Shown in pieces: positions 16,954 to 24,844 of a stretch of 42,941 bases of DNA. The notes beneath the pieces were generated by a model. It was not told where the DNA came from. It worked only from the letters and a program-made list of their open reading frames with translations, and searched no databases. How positions within the stretch are numbered: position 1 is the stretch's first letter; each line of letters starts with the position of its first letter. A program made the position numbers and the translations under genes. Origin of the DNA: a virus. Taxonomy: Duplodnaviria > Caudoviricetes. Location of the stretch: the IMG/VR virus record IMGVR_UViG_3300029825_000016, positions 1 to 42,941 of that record. One strand, given 5' to 3'.

Positions 16954-17205
16954 TTAGTTCCCCTCCCTCTCCGTCTTGAGGTTCATCGCCCGCTCGATCA
17001 CACCGTGCAGGTCGTTGATTCGTGCCTGTGCTTCGCGGACAACCGCATCGAGATCCTGCGAGCAGGTGACGGCATCGAGGTCTTTCGGGCTGACCAAAAA
17101 CAGGTTGGTGAGGTCAATCACATTGCCATCGACTGTGCAGGCGAACTCTTTGCCGAGCAATCCCGCCCTCGGGAACGGACAATTCACGCACTTCAGCGTT
17201 TCCAT
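16954..17205 (-). CDS. Hypothetical protein with CxxC
   Basis: RBS GGTGGAAG; operon context. Confidence 0.65.
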   Translation of the reverse strand: METLKCVNCPFPRAGLLGKEFACTVDGNVIDLTNLFLVSPKDLDAVTCSQDLDAVVREAQARINDLHGVIERAMNLKTEREGN

Positions 17206-17213
17206 CTTCCACC

Positions 17214-17296
17214 TTGCCTTTCTGCGCCAAACCTGCTATAATACAGGTGTTTGGTGCCTTATTTCGCGGGAGCGGGCTGTTAGCAAGCCCGCTTTT
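17214..17296 (+). promoter_or_regulatory. Antisense promoter plus terminator (candidate ~50-nt small RNA)
   Basis: TTGCCT-17 bp-TATAAT with extended TG, then AGCGGGCT/AGCCCGCT stem and T run. Confidence 0.6.
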
Positions 17297-17297
17297 G

Positions 17298-17474
17298 CTA
17301 TTTACCGCCCATCGCGCTCTGCTCCAGTATTCTACTAATCTTCTCAAGCTGTGTACTCAGCAAAGCACCGATCGTCGCCGTCGCTACCAGTTTCGCTGAT
17401 TCTAGGCTGATTTCGCCCTTGTCGATCGCTTCAAACAGCTTGTCGATGTCGCGGACGCATTCATCAAAGGTCAT
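17298..17474 (-). CDS. Hypothetical protein (58 aa), not in ORF track
   Basis: Hand translation MTFDECVRDIDKLFEAIDKGEISLESAKLVATATIGALLSTQLEKISRILEQSAMGGK; RBS GGGAGG. Confidence 0.7.
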   Translation of the reverse strand: MTFDECVRDIDKLFEAIDKGEISLESAKLVATATIGALLSTQLEKISRILEQSAMGGK

Positions 17475-17754
17475 TGGCTCTATCCTCCCATTCAGAACTG
17501 CGGCCGCTCAAACAGCACGTTGAGCATGGTTCTTCGTGGATTTGCTTCGCCAAATGCTTGCAACTCCAACACTTCTCCACATACCGCCTATACCGCTTCT
17601 CAACCCACCTTGCTATGCAGGACATGCTCGCGAAACAGAACAGGGTTATCGCCATGCCCCATTTGATTGTCGGCGGCACTAACTGCGGATCGGCAAGCGA
17701 GAGAAAAAGAGCGTAAAGCAAGCCACAGGCGAGATAGACGAGTAAGTAAAACAT
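17464..17754 (-). CDS. Membrane protein with C-terminal Cys cluster
   Basis: Two hydrophobic helices, CWSCKH...PCSTC. Confidence 0.65.
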   Translation of the reverse strand: MFYLLVYLACGLLYALFLSLADPQLVPPTIKWGMAITLFCFASMSCIARWVEKRYRRYVEKCWSCKHLAKQIHEEPCSTCCLSGRSSEWEDRANDL

Positions 17755-17954
17755 GGAATCACCCCCACATCTTGATTTTTTTCGACCAAACGGATAATCT
17801 GCCGAAACCCCTGCAAATACTCCTGCGGCGTGAGTTTCTGCGGTTGTGGCAGTCCACGCATTGCAGGACGGTTGTATTTCGGGCGGTAGTAACTAGGCTT
17901 GTCCGGCTTGTAATACTCCCGGTGTCTGTTGACATGCCTGATCTGGTAGTCCAT
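17679..17954 (-). CDS. Hypothetical protein
   Basis: RBS GGAGGGAG; overlaps neighbours. Confidence 0.5.
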   Translation of the reverse strand: MDYQIRHVNRHREYYKPDKPSYYRPKYNRPAMRGLPQPQKLTPQEYLQGFRQIIRLVEKNQDVGVIPCFTYSSISPVACFTLFFSRLPIRS

Positions 17955-18147
17955 CCAACTCCCTCCTATACCCCATCCACTGCTCCAAGGCGCGAATGTC
18001 TGCCCTGTAAATCGCCTGAACGCTGTTTGGCGGGATTATTTTAATGATTGGCGCGCCTGCCGCTATGAGCGGGTCGATTTTGTTCGGGCTGGTTTTGAAG
18101 TATCGGGCTATCTGCCCCTTTGTGGTAAGCATGTTTTCGTCAGCCAT
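17893..18147 (-). CDS. Winged-HTH protein, candidate phage excisionase
   Basis: LTTKGQIARYFKTS..KI..LIAAGAP; early-operon position; RBS GAGGTG. Confidence 0.55.
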   Translation of the reverse strand: MADENMLTTKGQIARYFKTSPNKIDPLIAAGAPIIKIIPPNSVQAIYRADIRALEQWMGYRRELDGLPDQACQQTPGVLQAGQA

Positions 18148-18162
18148 GATGTCACCTCGCGA

Positions 18163-18420
18163 TCAAGTCCATTCGATATTGTCTTTTGTGATTTTGACCC
18201 CCGTCCAGCCGTTAAGCGCTAACTCGATGCAATCGTCGTACATGTCAAACTTGACTGCGGTAATTAACTCTACGGGAAACTCCGTCAGTCTTTCCTGGCC
18301 CCTATAGAACCGAATCGTGTCGTCTTGGATATAACCCTTGACTTCCGAGTCGCGGTTGAACTGGTCTAAAATGATAGCCAAAAGCAGGTCAGCATTCATC
18401 AGCATCCACCTCCGTAACAT
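18163..18420 (-). CDS. Hypothetical protein (start possibly MNADL at 18399)
   Basis: RBS GGAGGTGG; operon context. Confidence 0.65.
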   Translation of the reverse strand: MLRRWMLMNADLLLAIILDQFNRDSEVKGYIQDDTIRFYRGQERLTEFPVELITAVKFDMYDDCIELALNGWTGVKITKDNIEWT

Positions 18421-19136
18421 CTTCCAGAACCATTCAGAAGCTTGTCCATCACCCTGATGCCGTCCTCAACTTGCCCGACGGCTTCAAGATACTCTGGTCT
18501 GCCGATGTCCTTAATCCTCGCGCGCTTTGCGTAGTTATTGCGCCGCGCGGTCAGATTCGTCCGGTATGCGGTATTAAAGGCATCATCGAACAGGTGCCAC
18601 GCCGCAGGAAACGAAATGCCTTTGTCTTGCGCGAGCCTTTGCGCCATTTTAGCCAATACGTGACGACGGTCGCCTTGCACGTCGATGGAGTCAAGGTTAT
18701 TAATGCGGTGATTAATCACGGTGATTTGTTCCTGCTGATGGTTCAGCTTGCGATCTTGCTCTGCAAGAAGCTGAACGGCTTGGAGAAGGGCTTCTGCGTG
18801 AGTTTTGGGCGCTTGGGAATATGTTCCGGTCTGCCGAATCCGCGGCAGAACCTCGTCAAACACCCAACGTTCGAATTCCTGAGCCTTGGGCATGTTGGAA
18901 CGGATGATCAGGCGATAGAGATCACCTTCGGGGATGACTTTGATAGTCTGGATGCCGCCAGGGGTGGGGGTGCACGATTCGTTCACCCCTTTGCAGTGAT
19001 CGCGAATTGCTTTTTGCGGGTTGGTATACCCCAGAATTCCCGCGCACTTCGCTGCCGGGAAATGCGGTTTCCCATCGATCTCGTAAACCTCTAATCTGCC
19101 GAACTCGATGTTTTCGAATACCTGTAGGTTGTTCAT
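18399..19136 (-). CDS. BRO-N domain antirepressor (start trimmed to MNNLQVF)
   Basis: LQVFENIEFG, ILGYTNPQKAIRDHCK, IPEGDLYRLI, FERWVFDEVLP.IR.TG.Y. Confidence 0.9.
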   Translation of the reverse strand: MNNLQVFENIEFGRLEVYEIDGKPHFPAAKCAGILGYTNPQKAIRDHCKGVNESCTPTPGGIQTIKVIPEGDLYRLIIRSNMPKAQEFERWVFDEVLPRIRQTGTYSQAPKTHAEALLQAVQLLAEQDRKLNHQQEQITVINHRINNLDSIDVQGDRRHVLAKMAQRLAQDKGISFPAAWHLFDDAFNTAYRTNLTARRNNYAKRARIKDIGRPEYLEAVGQVEDGIRVMDKLLNGSGRCYGGGC

Positions 19137-19155
19137 ATCTCTACCCTTCCCTTCG

Positions 19156-19365
19156 TCAAATGGTACTGTTTTGAACATCTTCGGGCAAAAAAAGATCCTC
19201 GATGCTGACGCCCAATTTGCGAGAAAAATCGACAGCCGCCCTGAATGACGGTCGCCTGCCGTTCTCAATCTGCGTGTACGCCGGGCGGGAGATGCCGAGC
19301 AATTCTGCCATCTGCGCCTGTGTCATGCCCTTCGATTTCCTGATTTCTTTTAGCGGGGATGCCAT
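19156..19365 (-). CDS. Cro-like XRE repressor
   Basis: LKEIRKSKGMTQAQMAELLGISRPAYTQIENG; first gene of the lytic operon. Confidence 0.9.
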   Translation of the reverse strand: MASPLKEIRKSKGMTQAQMAELLGISRPAYTQIENGRRPSFRAAVDFSRKLGVSIEDLFLPEDVQNSTI

Positions 19366-19407
19366 TGGTAAAACCTCCTTGGTGTTACTTGTCTGAACTA
19401 TATTTTT

Positions 19408-19436
19408 ATTATATGGTCATATTTGGAACATGTCAA
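19408..19436 (-). promoter_or_regulatory. Early lytic promoter
   Basis: Perfect consensus TTGACA-17 bp-TATAAT on - strand upstream of cro. Confidence 0.9.
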
Positions 19437-19516
19437 GCATAATAGTTAAACTTTTGAACAAAATAACCGATATATGTTGTAGGAATGAACAATTCCATAT
19501 ATACTAAGAGTCGGGG

Positions 19517-19879
19517 GTGCTTAAATTGCATATAGGTAGGCGAATTCGTTTTCTGCGGGAGCAAGCAGGAATTACACAGGGAGAACTTGCGAAAATCATT
19601 GGCGTTTCGAGGATGTCGGTAACACATTGGGAGACCGAAAGGGCAGAGCCTTTTTACGAAGCTGTCATCAAAATGGCAGATTATTTCAAAGTCACAGCTG
19701 ATTATCTCTTAGGCCGTGACAACCCGCCACCGACACCCACCGACACTGTAGTGACGTTCACGGACGGACGGCAGGTGCCTTTCAGCAAATTGACACCAGA
19801 GGAACGGGCGGCGATTGAAAGCGTTTGGAGGCTGGTGTCGGCAAGGCTCGCCAAGGAGGAACAGGGTAAAGGAAAGTAG
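19517..19879 (+). CDS. CI-like XRE immunity repressor (no S24 peptidase domain)
   Basis: IGRRIRFLREQAGITQGELAKIIGVSRMSVTHWETERAEP...ADYFKVTADYLLGR; divergent from cro. Confidence 0.9.
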   Translation: MLKLHIGRRIRFLREQAGITQGELAKIIGVSRMSVTHWETERAEPFYEAVIKMADYFKVTADYLLGRDNPPPTPTDTVVTFTDGRQVPFSKLTPEERAAIESVWRLVSARLAKEEQGKGK

Positions 19880-19946
19880 TATTCCCCCGCCACGGATGAA
19901 ACGGGCGGGGTTTACTATACCACATCAAAGGGAGGATATTGAAGAA

Positions 19947-20096
19947 ATGATAGAATATACCTCTGGTACTTCTGCCGTCCGCGTTATTTCGATGTCCGTC
20001 CATGCCCAAATACTCATGATCCGTTTCGAGAGTCAAAATGGTACAATCATTGTGGAGAATCTGAATAGAGGTGGTAAAAGTGGCACCAAAGTCTAA
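19947..20096 (+). CDS. Small hypothetical protein between cI and integrase (49 aa)
   Basis: RBS GGGAGG before ATG 19947; overlaps integrase start. Confidence 0.5.
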   Translation: MIEYTSGTSAVRVISMSVHAQILMIRFESQNGTIIVENLNRGGKSGTKV

Positions 20097-21270
20097 GCCC
20101 GGCCAGCGTATGGCAACGGGCATTTACCGACAGGCAGACGGTTCCCTCTCCATCAGATTCAGCACCGGGCGCAGAAACCGCGAAACCGGCAACTATGAGA
20201 TTTTTGTGGAGACATTTCGCGGCAGCGTGGAGGATGCCAAAAAACGCCGATCAAAGCTGATCAGCGAACACGCCGAAGGCAGACTCAAGCCCGTGGACAA
20301 GCATAAGAGTTTTGGGGATTACATGGAAGCGTTTTTCAGGTATAACGATCAACGCGTGGCGATGAAAAAGATCAGGCGCAGCACAGCCGATTATTACGCC
20401 GTAACCATCAAGCCGTATTTTGGCAAACTATGGGACAAGCCCTTGACCAAAATCACAGCAGACGACATCCTGCAGGTGTTCGCGCAGATAAAAACCAAGA
20501 ATGGCCGCTCCTGTTCAACGGATTATGTCCTGAGCGTCTACCGGGCATTTCGGGCGGCGTGGAAAAGCAGTGTGGATCTGAAAATACCTGTGCCGGACAT
20601 CCTGAACGACATCAAGAAAATGATGCCCGATCCGCTCAAAAAGCGGCGAACCGTGCTGGAACCGTATCAGTATAGAAAATTGCTTGCGGCGACAGATGAT
20701 CCTATCACCCACGGCATCCTAACCTGCTTAATGCACACGGCGATGCGTTTGAATGAATGCCTAGGCTTGCGATGGTCCGACGTTGATTTTAACCGGATGC
20801 AGATCACAGTCGAACAGCAGGTACTCAAAAAACCGGACGAAAACGGGAGCAGGTTCGGGCCGCACAAAACGTATGCCGCTTACGGTCCGCGCATCATCAA
20901 GATGACAAAAACACTTGCCGGTGAGTTAAAATCCTTACGCCCAGTGCTTGCCGTCATGAAGCTAAAAGCCGGACAAGCCTGGCAAAACTTTGATTTATGC
21001 TTCCCAACTTCCATCGGTACGCCTATTGCCTATAGCCGATGGGAAAGGAATAAAATCAAACCTCTTTTTGCAAAGGCTGGCGTACCGCCGATCAGAGTGC
21101 ATGACATTCGGCACAGCACAGTCACCTACCTGCTGGCCGAAGGAGTTTCTCCGGCCATCGTGCAAGAAATAGCGGGACATTCCGACATCAAAACGACGAT
21201 GGTTTATAAGCACTTAATCGCCAATGCGCAAAGCGAAGCAATGGACAAGCTCGACAAGGCGATGAGATAG
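20071..21270 (+). CDS. int: Tyrosine integrase
   Basis: TAMRLNE (R), HDIRH (HxxR), GHS, terminal Tyr in TTMVY; adjacent attP. Confidence 0.96.
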   Translation: MVKVAPKSKPGQRMATGIYRQADGSLSIRFSTGRRNRETGNYEIFVETFRGSVEDAKKRRSKLISEHAEGRLKPVDKHKSFGDYMEAFFRYNDQRVAMKKIRRSTADYYAVTIKPYFGKLWDKPLTKITADDILQVFAQIKTKNGRSCSTDYVLSVYRAFRAAWKSSVDLKIPVPDILNDIKKMMPDPLKKRRTVLEPYQYRKLLAATDDPITHGILTCLMHTAMRLNECLGLRWSDVDFNRMQITVEQQVLKKPDENGSRFGPHKTYAAYGPRIIKMTKTLAGELKSLRPVLAVMKLKAGQAWQNFDLCFPTSIGTPIAYSRWERNKIKPLFAKAGVPPIRVHDIRHSTVTYLLAEGVSPAIVQEIAGHSDIKTTMVYKHLIANAQSEAMDKLDKAMR

Positions 21271-21271
21271 C

Positions 21272-21298
21272 AAAAGCCCCGATTTGACGGGGCTTTTT
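21272..21298 (+). terminator. Intrinsic terminator after int (possibly bidirectional)
   Basis: AAAAGCCCCG-ATTTGA-CGGGGCTTTTT. Confidence 0.85.
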
Positions 21299-21313
21299 CA
21301 ATGCTCATTTTTG

Positions 21314-21564
21314 TTTATCAAAAGTTTTATCAAAAACCGGATTTTATCAAAAGTGTTGTTTTTGCTGAACCCTTGTCATTGCTAGTTTGGTGCGAAAGGG
21401 GGGACTCGAACCCCCACGGTTGCCCACTAGATCCTAAGTCTGATTTTAGGTGATCCAGAGCGATCCAGAGAGATCCGGAAAGGCGATATAGCAGGGTTTT
21501 TCTCTGTCAAGTGATCCGGTGGAATCCAGATTAATTCGGATTGTTTATCAAAGATTTATCAAAA
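21314..21564. other. attP: core plus arm-type and accessory-factor repeats
   Basis: TTTATCAAA(A/G) at 21314, 21326, 21343, 21544, 21555 flank the tRNA-derived core; GATCC(A/G)GA 10-bp-period repeats at 21452-21480 and similar units near 21513-21530. Confidence 0.88.
21388..21441 (-). other. attP core = 3' half of tRNA-Leu(UAG)
   Basis: - strand AGACTTAGGATCTAGTGGGCAACCGTGGGGGTTCGAGTCCCCCCTTTCGCACCA: anticodon arm (TAG), long variable arm, T-arm, CCA; 5' half absent. Confidence 0.9.
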
Positions 21565-21581
21565 CCATAAAAAAGAGCGGG

Positions 21582-21752
21582 TTATTTGCCCGCCTTTTCC
21601 CGTCTGTCGAGTTCCTTTTCGATTGCCTTGAGAGCGATGTCGGTAACGGTCTCATTTTTGCCTGCCAGCTTGGAGTCTATGGTCAGCGACAGCATCCGCT
21701 TCCACATCTCAAAGGGCAGACGGAGCGTGATGCGCTTGTATTCGTCGGTCAT
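21582..21752 (-). CDS. Ribbon-helix-helix (Arc/CopG-like) regulator, 56 aa, not in ORF track
   Basis: Hand translation MTDEYKRITLRLPFEMWKRMLSLTIDSKLAGKNETVTDIALKAIEKELDRREKAGK; KRITLRLP beta-ribbon; RBS GGGAGG. Confidence 0.75.
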   Translation of the reverse strand: MTDEYKRITLRLPFEMWKRMLSLTIDSKLAGKNETVTDIALKAIEKELDRREKAGK

Positions 21753-21758
21753 TGCGCC

Positions 21759-21980
21759 TTATTCTTCCTCCCATTCATTCATCAATTTTCTGCCGGGGCC
21801 GCACTCTGTGTCGTAGTTTTTTGCTTCTTCACGGGTTTCGATTGCTCGTATCTCGCGATCTGAGTACCCGTCCCCTGAGCAACCTTCCCGATCCTCGCGA
21901 AGACATTGCTCTGCTGCCGCGAGAGTTTTGTGGGCGTGGCCGCAACCTTGCCGCGCAGATCCCCAAGTCGTGTAATACAT
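21759..21980 (-). CDS. Small acidic hypothetical protein with CGHxH/Cys motif
   Basis: RBS AAGGAG before MYYTTWG; GCGHAHKT...C...C. Confidence 0.7.
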   Translation of the reverse strand: MYYTTWGSARQGCGHAHKTLAAAEQCLREDREGCSGDGYSDREIRAIETREEAKNYDTECGPGRKLMNEWEEE

Positions 21981-21982
21981 TT

Positions 21983-22450
21983 TCAGCTCTCCTTCCACGT
22001 GTTAATCTCGTTAATCAATGAGTCTACAGTTACCGGGCATTCCTTCAACGTTTTCCCCTCTGCCTTAATCCCCGTGACAACCGCGGCGTAAGCATACGGC
22101 AGTTGGTCGATGCCAATGCGACGCTCCCGCATGTGTTTGAAACAAGCTACGATGTCTTCCGGGTCTACGCTGAGCGAACGGAGCTTTCCTTCGCGTTCAT
22201 AAATGACGCGATACTCCTTTTCGTTGTGTTCATTGACTTCCCATACCCCTTCGGCGATTTCGTGAGTTTCGATCCAAGTACCCTTCTGCCGCTGGGGTTT
22301 GTAGTCCGACCAATCAATCTCAGTGGCTTCCGAAAATTCACGCTCAAAGGCACCGCTCGGGGTTAGTCCAATTAATTCCGCAACCCATGACGGCAAGCCT
22401 GTTTTGCCAGAATATCCCTTACCCTTTTCAATCTGCACCTTTATGGCCAT
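21983..22450 (-). CDS. Hypothetical protein (start trimmed to MAIKVQ)
   Basis: RBS GGGAGG; own promoter upstream. Confidence 0.75.
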   Translation of the reverse strand: MAIKVQIEKGKGYSGKTGLPSWVAELIGLTPSGAFEREFSEATEIDWSDYKPQRQKGTWIETHEIAEGVWEVNEHNEKEYRVIYEREGKLRSLSVDPEDIVACFKHMRERRIGIDQLPYAYAAVVTGIKAEGKTLKECPVTVDSLINEINTWKES

Positions 22451-22489
22451 TTTTCGTTCCTCCCGCAACTGTTTTCTTACCTTGATTAG

Positions 22490-22518
22490 ATTATAGCACA
22501 TATCTATATATATGTAAA
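22490..22518 (-). promoter_or_regulatory. Promoter of the three-gene accessory operon
   Basis: TTTACA-17 bp-TATAAT with extended TG; inverted repeats TATGTA-TT-TACATA and ACATAT-N6-ATATGT overlap it. Confidence 0.8.
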
Positions 22519-22552
22519 TACATACTGACACATTTCTTTAAAAAAGAAACCC

Positions 22553-23128
22553 CTATCTAGCAGGGGTTTTAAAAATATTTTCAAATTCTTTTAGGGAAGT
22601 GTCTAAAATTATGACCGCAAACTCCGTTTTAACCTCAACCTTGCGATCGGTGATTATGACCACTCGGGGGAACACCTTCCACGGCCACGCCTCCGCATCA
22701 TGCAGCACGATGTACTTGCCGATGTTCGGATAGTTCCGTTCGTTCTGCACTTCGAGAGCGAAGTAATAACGCTTGTGATTTATCTCGTAAATGCAAAACG
22801 CATCAGCTCTCAATCCTTCAACCGCATACTCACATGCAAAAGTCTTAATCAGACCGCCTTGTTCCTTCAGCCTTAGATAAAATTCCGTCCGCAAAAGCCT
22901 GTGTTGCAACTGTTTCAGCCCCGCCAAATGGTAAATGTATTGCCCGGTATAAGGCTCTTTTGACCGCTTGACATAATCCGTTTGGTTGACGATCTCCCTC
23001 AGCCTGCGATTGGCAATGATCCGCTGATATTTCTGCCCTGTAAAAAACAGCCTTTCGATCTGGCTTCTGCTGGCCGCCCCGAAGTCCTCAACGAATCGAA
23101 TGATAGCATTGTCACGCTTTGTCAGCAC
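22553..23128 (-). CDS. Replication-relaxation (Replic_Relax)-like protein
   Basis: LTKRDNAIIRFVEDFG...QIERLFF winged helix, HRLLRTEFY, RADA...ALEVQ nuclease-like core; follows FtsK. Confidence 0.75.
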   Translation of the reverse strand: MLTKRDNAIIRFVEDFGAASRSQIERLFFTGQKYQRIIANRRLREIVNQTDYVKRSKEPYTGQYIYHLAGLKQLQHRLLRTEFYLRLKEQGGLIKTFACEYAVEGLRADAFCIYEINHKRYYFALEVQNERNYPNIGKYIVLHDAEAWPWKVFPRVVIITDRKVEVKTEFAVIILDTSLKEFENIFKTPAR

Positions 23129-23766
23129 AGCTCGACACCCTTGCTGTTTCTCGCTTGAGGTTCGGACTTGCGGCAGAAGGGTTTGATCAAAGACCGGGCT
23201 TTGCTGTCGGGCAGAAGCATCACTTGCACTTCTTTGTCCTTCGACCCTTGCTGATAGATCGCACGACCGGGAATCTCAATATCAGCCGCTTTGTCATTGT
23301 CTAAGAGTATCCTTGAGTTGACCTGATTCTTTACCGCAAACGCTAAAACAGCTTGGGTGTTCGCCTTGATCAAGCCCGGCACGGTTTCAGCAGAAGGCCG
23401 TTGAGTACAGATAATGAAATAGATCCCAACCGCCCTGCATATCCGCAGCAGTTTATCAACTTTGGCCTGAATCTCCTTGTTTTCTCGGAGGTTTGCATAT
23501 TCGTCAATTACTACAAGATGGTGGTTCATCTTCGTCCTGCGCTTATTGTATTCTGTAACGTTTACCACCCCGGCCTTGCCGAGTGTGTGGTATCGCTCTA
23601 TTGTAAGTTGTTCCAACCGATTAAATAATTTCAGCGCCCCGGTTTCATCCTTGGCGAATCCGACCACATGCTCGACTTTGCGGAACATCTCAAACTCCAC
23701 GCCGTTTTTGAGGTCAACGAGGTGTAATTGCAAGTCTGCCGGTGACTTCGTGAGGATCAAATTCAT
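23122..23766 (-). pseudogene. 5'-truncated FtsK/SpoIIIE-like ATPase
   Basis: VDLKNGVEF, Walker B VVIDEY, RAVGI..IICTQRP, PGRAI present; Walker A and N-terminus absent; no clear RBS. Confidence 0.7.
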
Positions 23767-23855
23767 ATATCTTCGGATATACCCGTTACGCTATCATCCT
23801 ATTCCGTCAGCAGGATAACGTGCGTGTCCACCGAAAGAATGCTTGAGGTGGTTTT

Positions 23856-24170
23856 ATGTTAGGCTATCGTGTCGGCATGTTGCTTCTGGAACGCAATCTG
23901 AGCCATGAACAGGCGGCGGCCATCGCGGGTTTGTCGCGTGCTACAATCACCCTGATCTGCGAGGGTCAGAATGAAAATCCGAAGCTGTCGACGATTCAAG
24001 CATTGGCGCAGGGCTTGCGGGTTCCGATTGGCTATTTTGTGGGCGAAAGCGAGCTGGAGGACGCGGAATGGTTGCGGGTGGTCGAGAGATGCAAAAAGGC
24101 GGGGATTGGACCGGGGTTGATTGGGGAGATTGCGGGGTTTTTGCAAAATAAAAAACCCCCGACCGATTAA
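23856..24170 (+). CDS. XRE-family HTH regulator
   Basis: ERNLSHEQAAAIAGLSRATITLICEG...NPKLSTIQALA; RBS GAGGTGG. Confidence 0.85.
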   Translation: MLGYRVGMLLLERNLSHEQAAAIAGLSRATITLICEGQNENPKLSTIQALAQGLRVPIGYFVGESELEDAEWLRVVERCKKAGIGPGLIGEIAGFLQNKKPPTD

Positions 24171-24181
24171 GGCCGGGGGTT
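24150..24181 (-). terminator. Terminator ending the late/lysis operon (convergent with XRE gene)
   Basis: AACCCCCG/CGGGGGTT stem with A run on the left. Confidence 0.75.
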
Positions 24182-24289
24182 CGTTACCACTACATATTGT
24201 GTTCAGTTTATACTTAACCTCTTACAAGGCAATCCCCTCCCTCATTACGCCGCCATTCCCCGGCAGCCTGGGAGATTCGGATCACCTCC

Positions 24290-24844
24290 TTAGAACAATA
24301 TGATTAATCCTGCGTTAACGCCCCACCCTTGCGGAGTCCATGATCCGCCGCCCATTACGCCGATCTTGGGACGCTTCAGGCTTTCGATATACGCCTGCTG
24401 ATCCTGGATGATCTGCTGCAGGCGCTCATTTGATTCCCGCAAAGTCTTGACCGATGCTTCCGCTTCCTGGTACAGTTGCCGATATTCCTCGCTCAGATCC
24501 CACAATTCGATATAGTATTCCCTGAGTTCGGCGTAATTATCAGGAATGAACAACTCACCCGCCGCCTTGACCGGCATAATTGACCATAGCAAGACGAAAA
24601 GCAGGATGGGCAATATAAATCTATTCCGCTTTTTCTCCGCTTGTCCTGCGCGATTCTGGCGGCTCACAGAGGCATTCTGCTCTTTTTCCGCTATTTCCCG
24701 CTCGTCCTCTGCTCGTTCTCGCGCGTCATCGCATACGTTAGACCCGGAATGCTTGAGGGAGAGCGTCCACAGCAGAGCAAAGATTGCCGCCAAGAGATAG
24801 CCACCGATGGTAAGGAAGAAGTCTTTAACTTTCCGGAGGAACAT
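24290..24844 (-). CDS. Spanin-like lysis accessory protein (TM, coiled coil, second hydrophobic segment, coiled coil, beta-rich C-terminus)
   Basis: Last gene of the lysis cassette; hydrophobicity and heptad pattern; function inferred. Confidence 0.55.
   Translation of the reverse strand: MFLRKVKDFFLTIGGYLLAAIFALLWTLSLKHSGSNVCDDARERAEDEREIAEKEQNASVSRQNRAGQAEKKRNRFILPILLFVLLWSIMPVKAAGELFIPDNYAELREYYIELWDLSEEYRQLYQEAEASVKTLRESNERLQQIIQDQQAYIESLKRPKIGVMGGGSWTPQGWGVNAGLIILF

Noticed and set aside
17114-17347. 77-aa ORF on - strand
   Set aside because: Overlaps a better RBS-supported ORF (17298-17474) and the promoter/terminator gap
21388-21441. Functional tRNA-Leu gene
   Set aside because: The 5' acceptor strand and D-arm are missing; it is the attP core
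24279-24292. 16S rRNA gene fragment
   Set aside because: Match is limited to the 14-nt anti-SD tail; flanks are not rRNA-like
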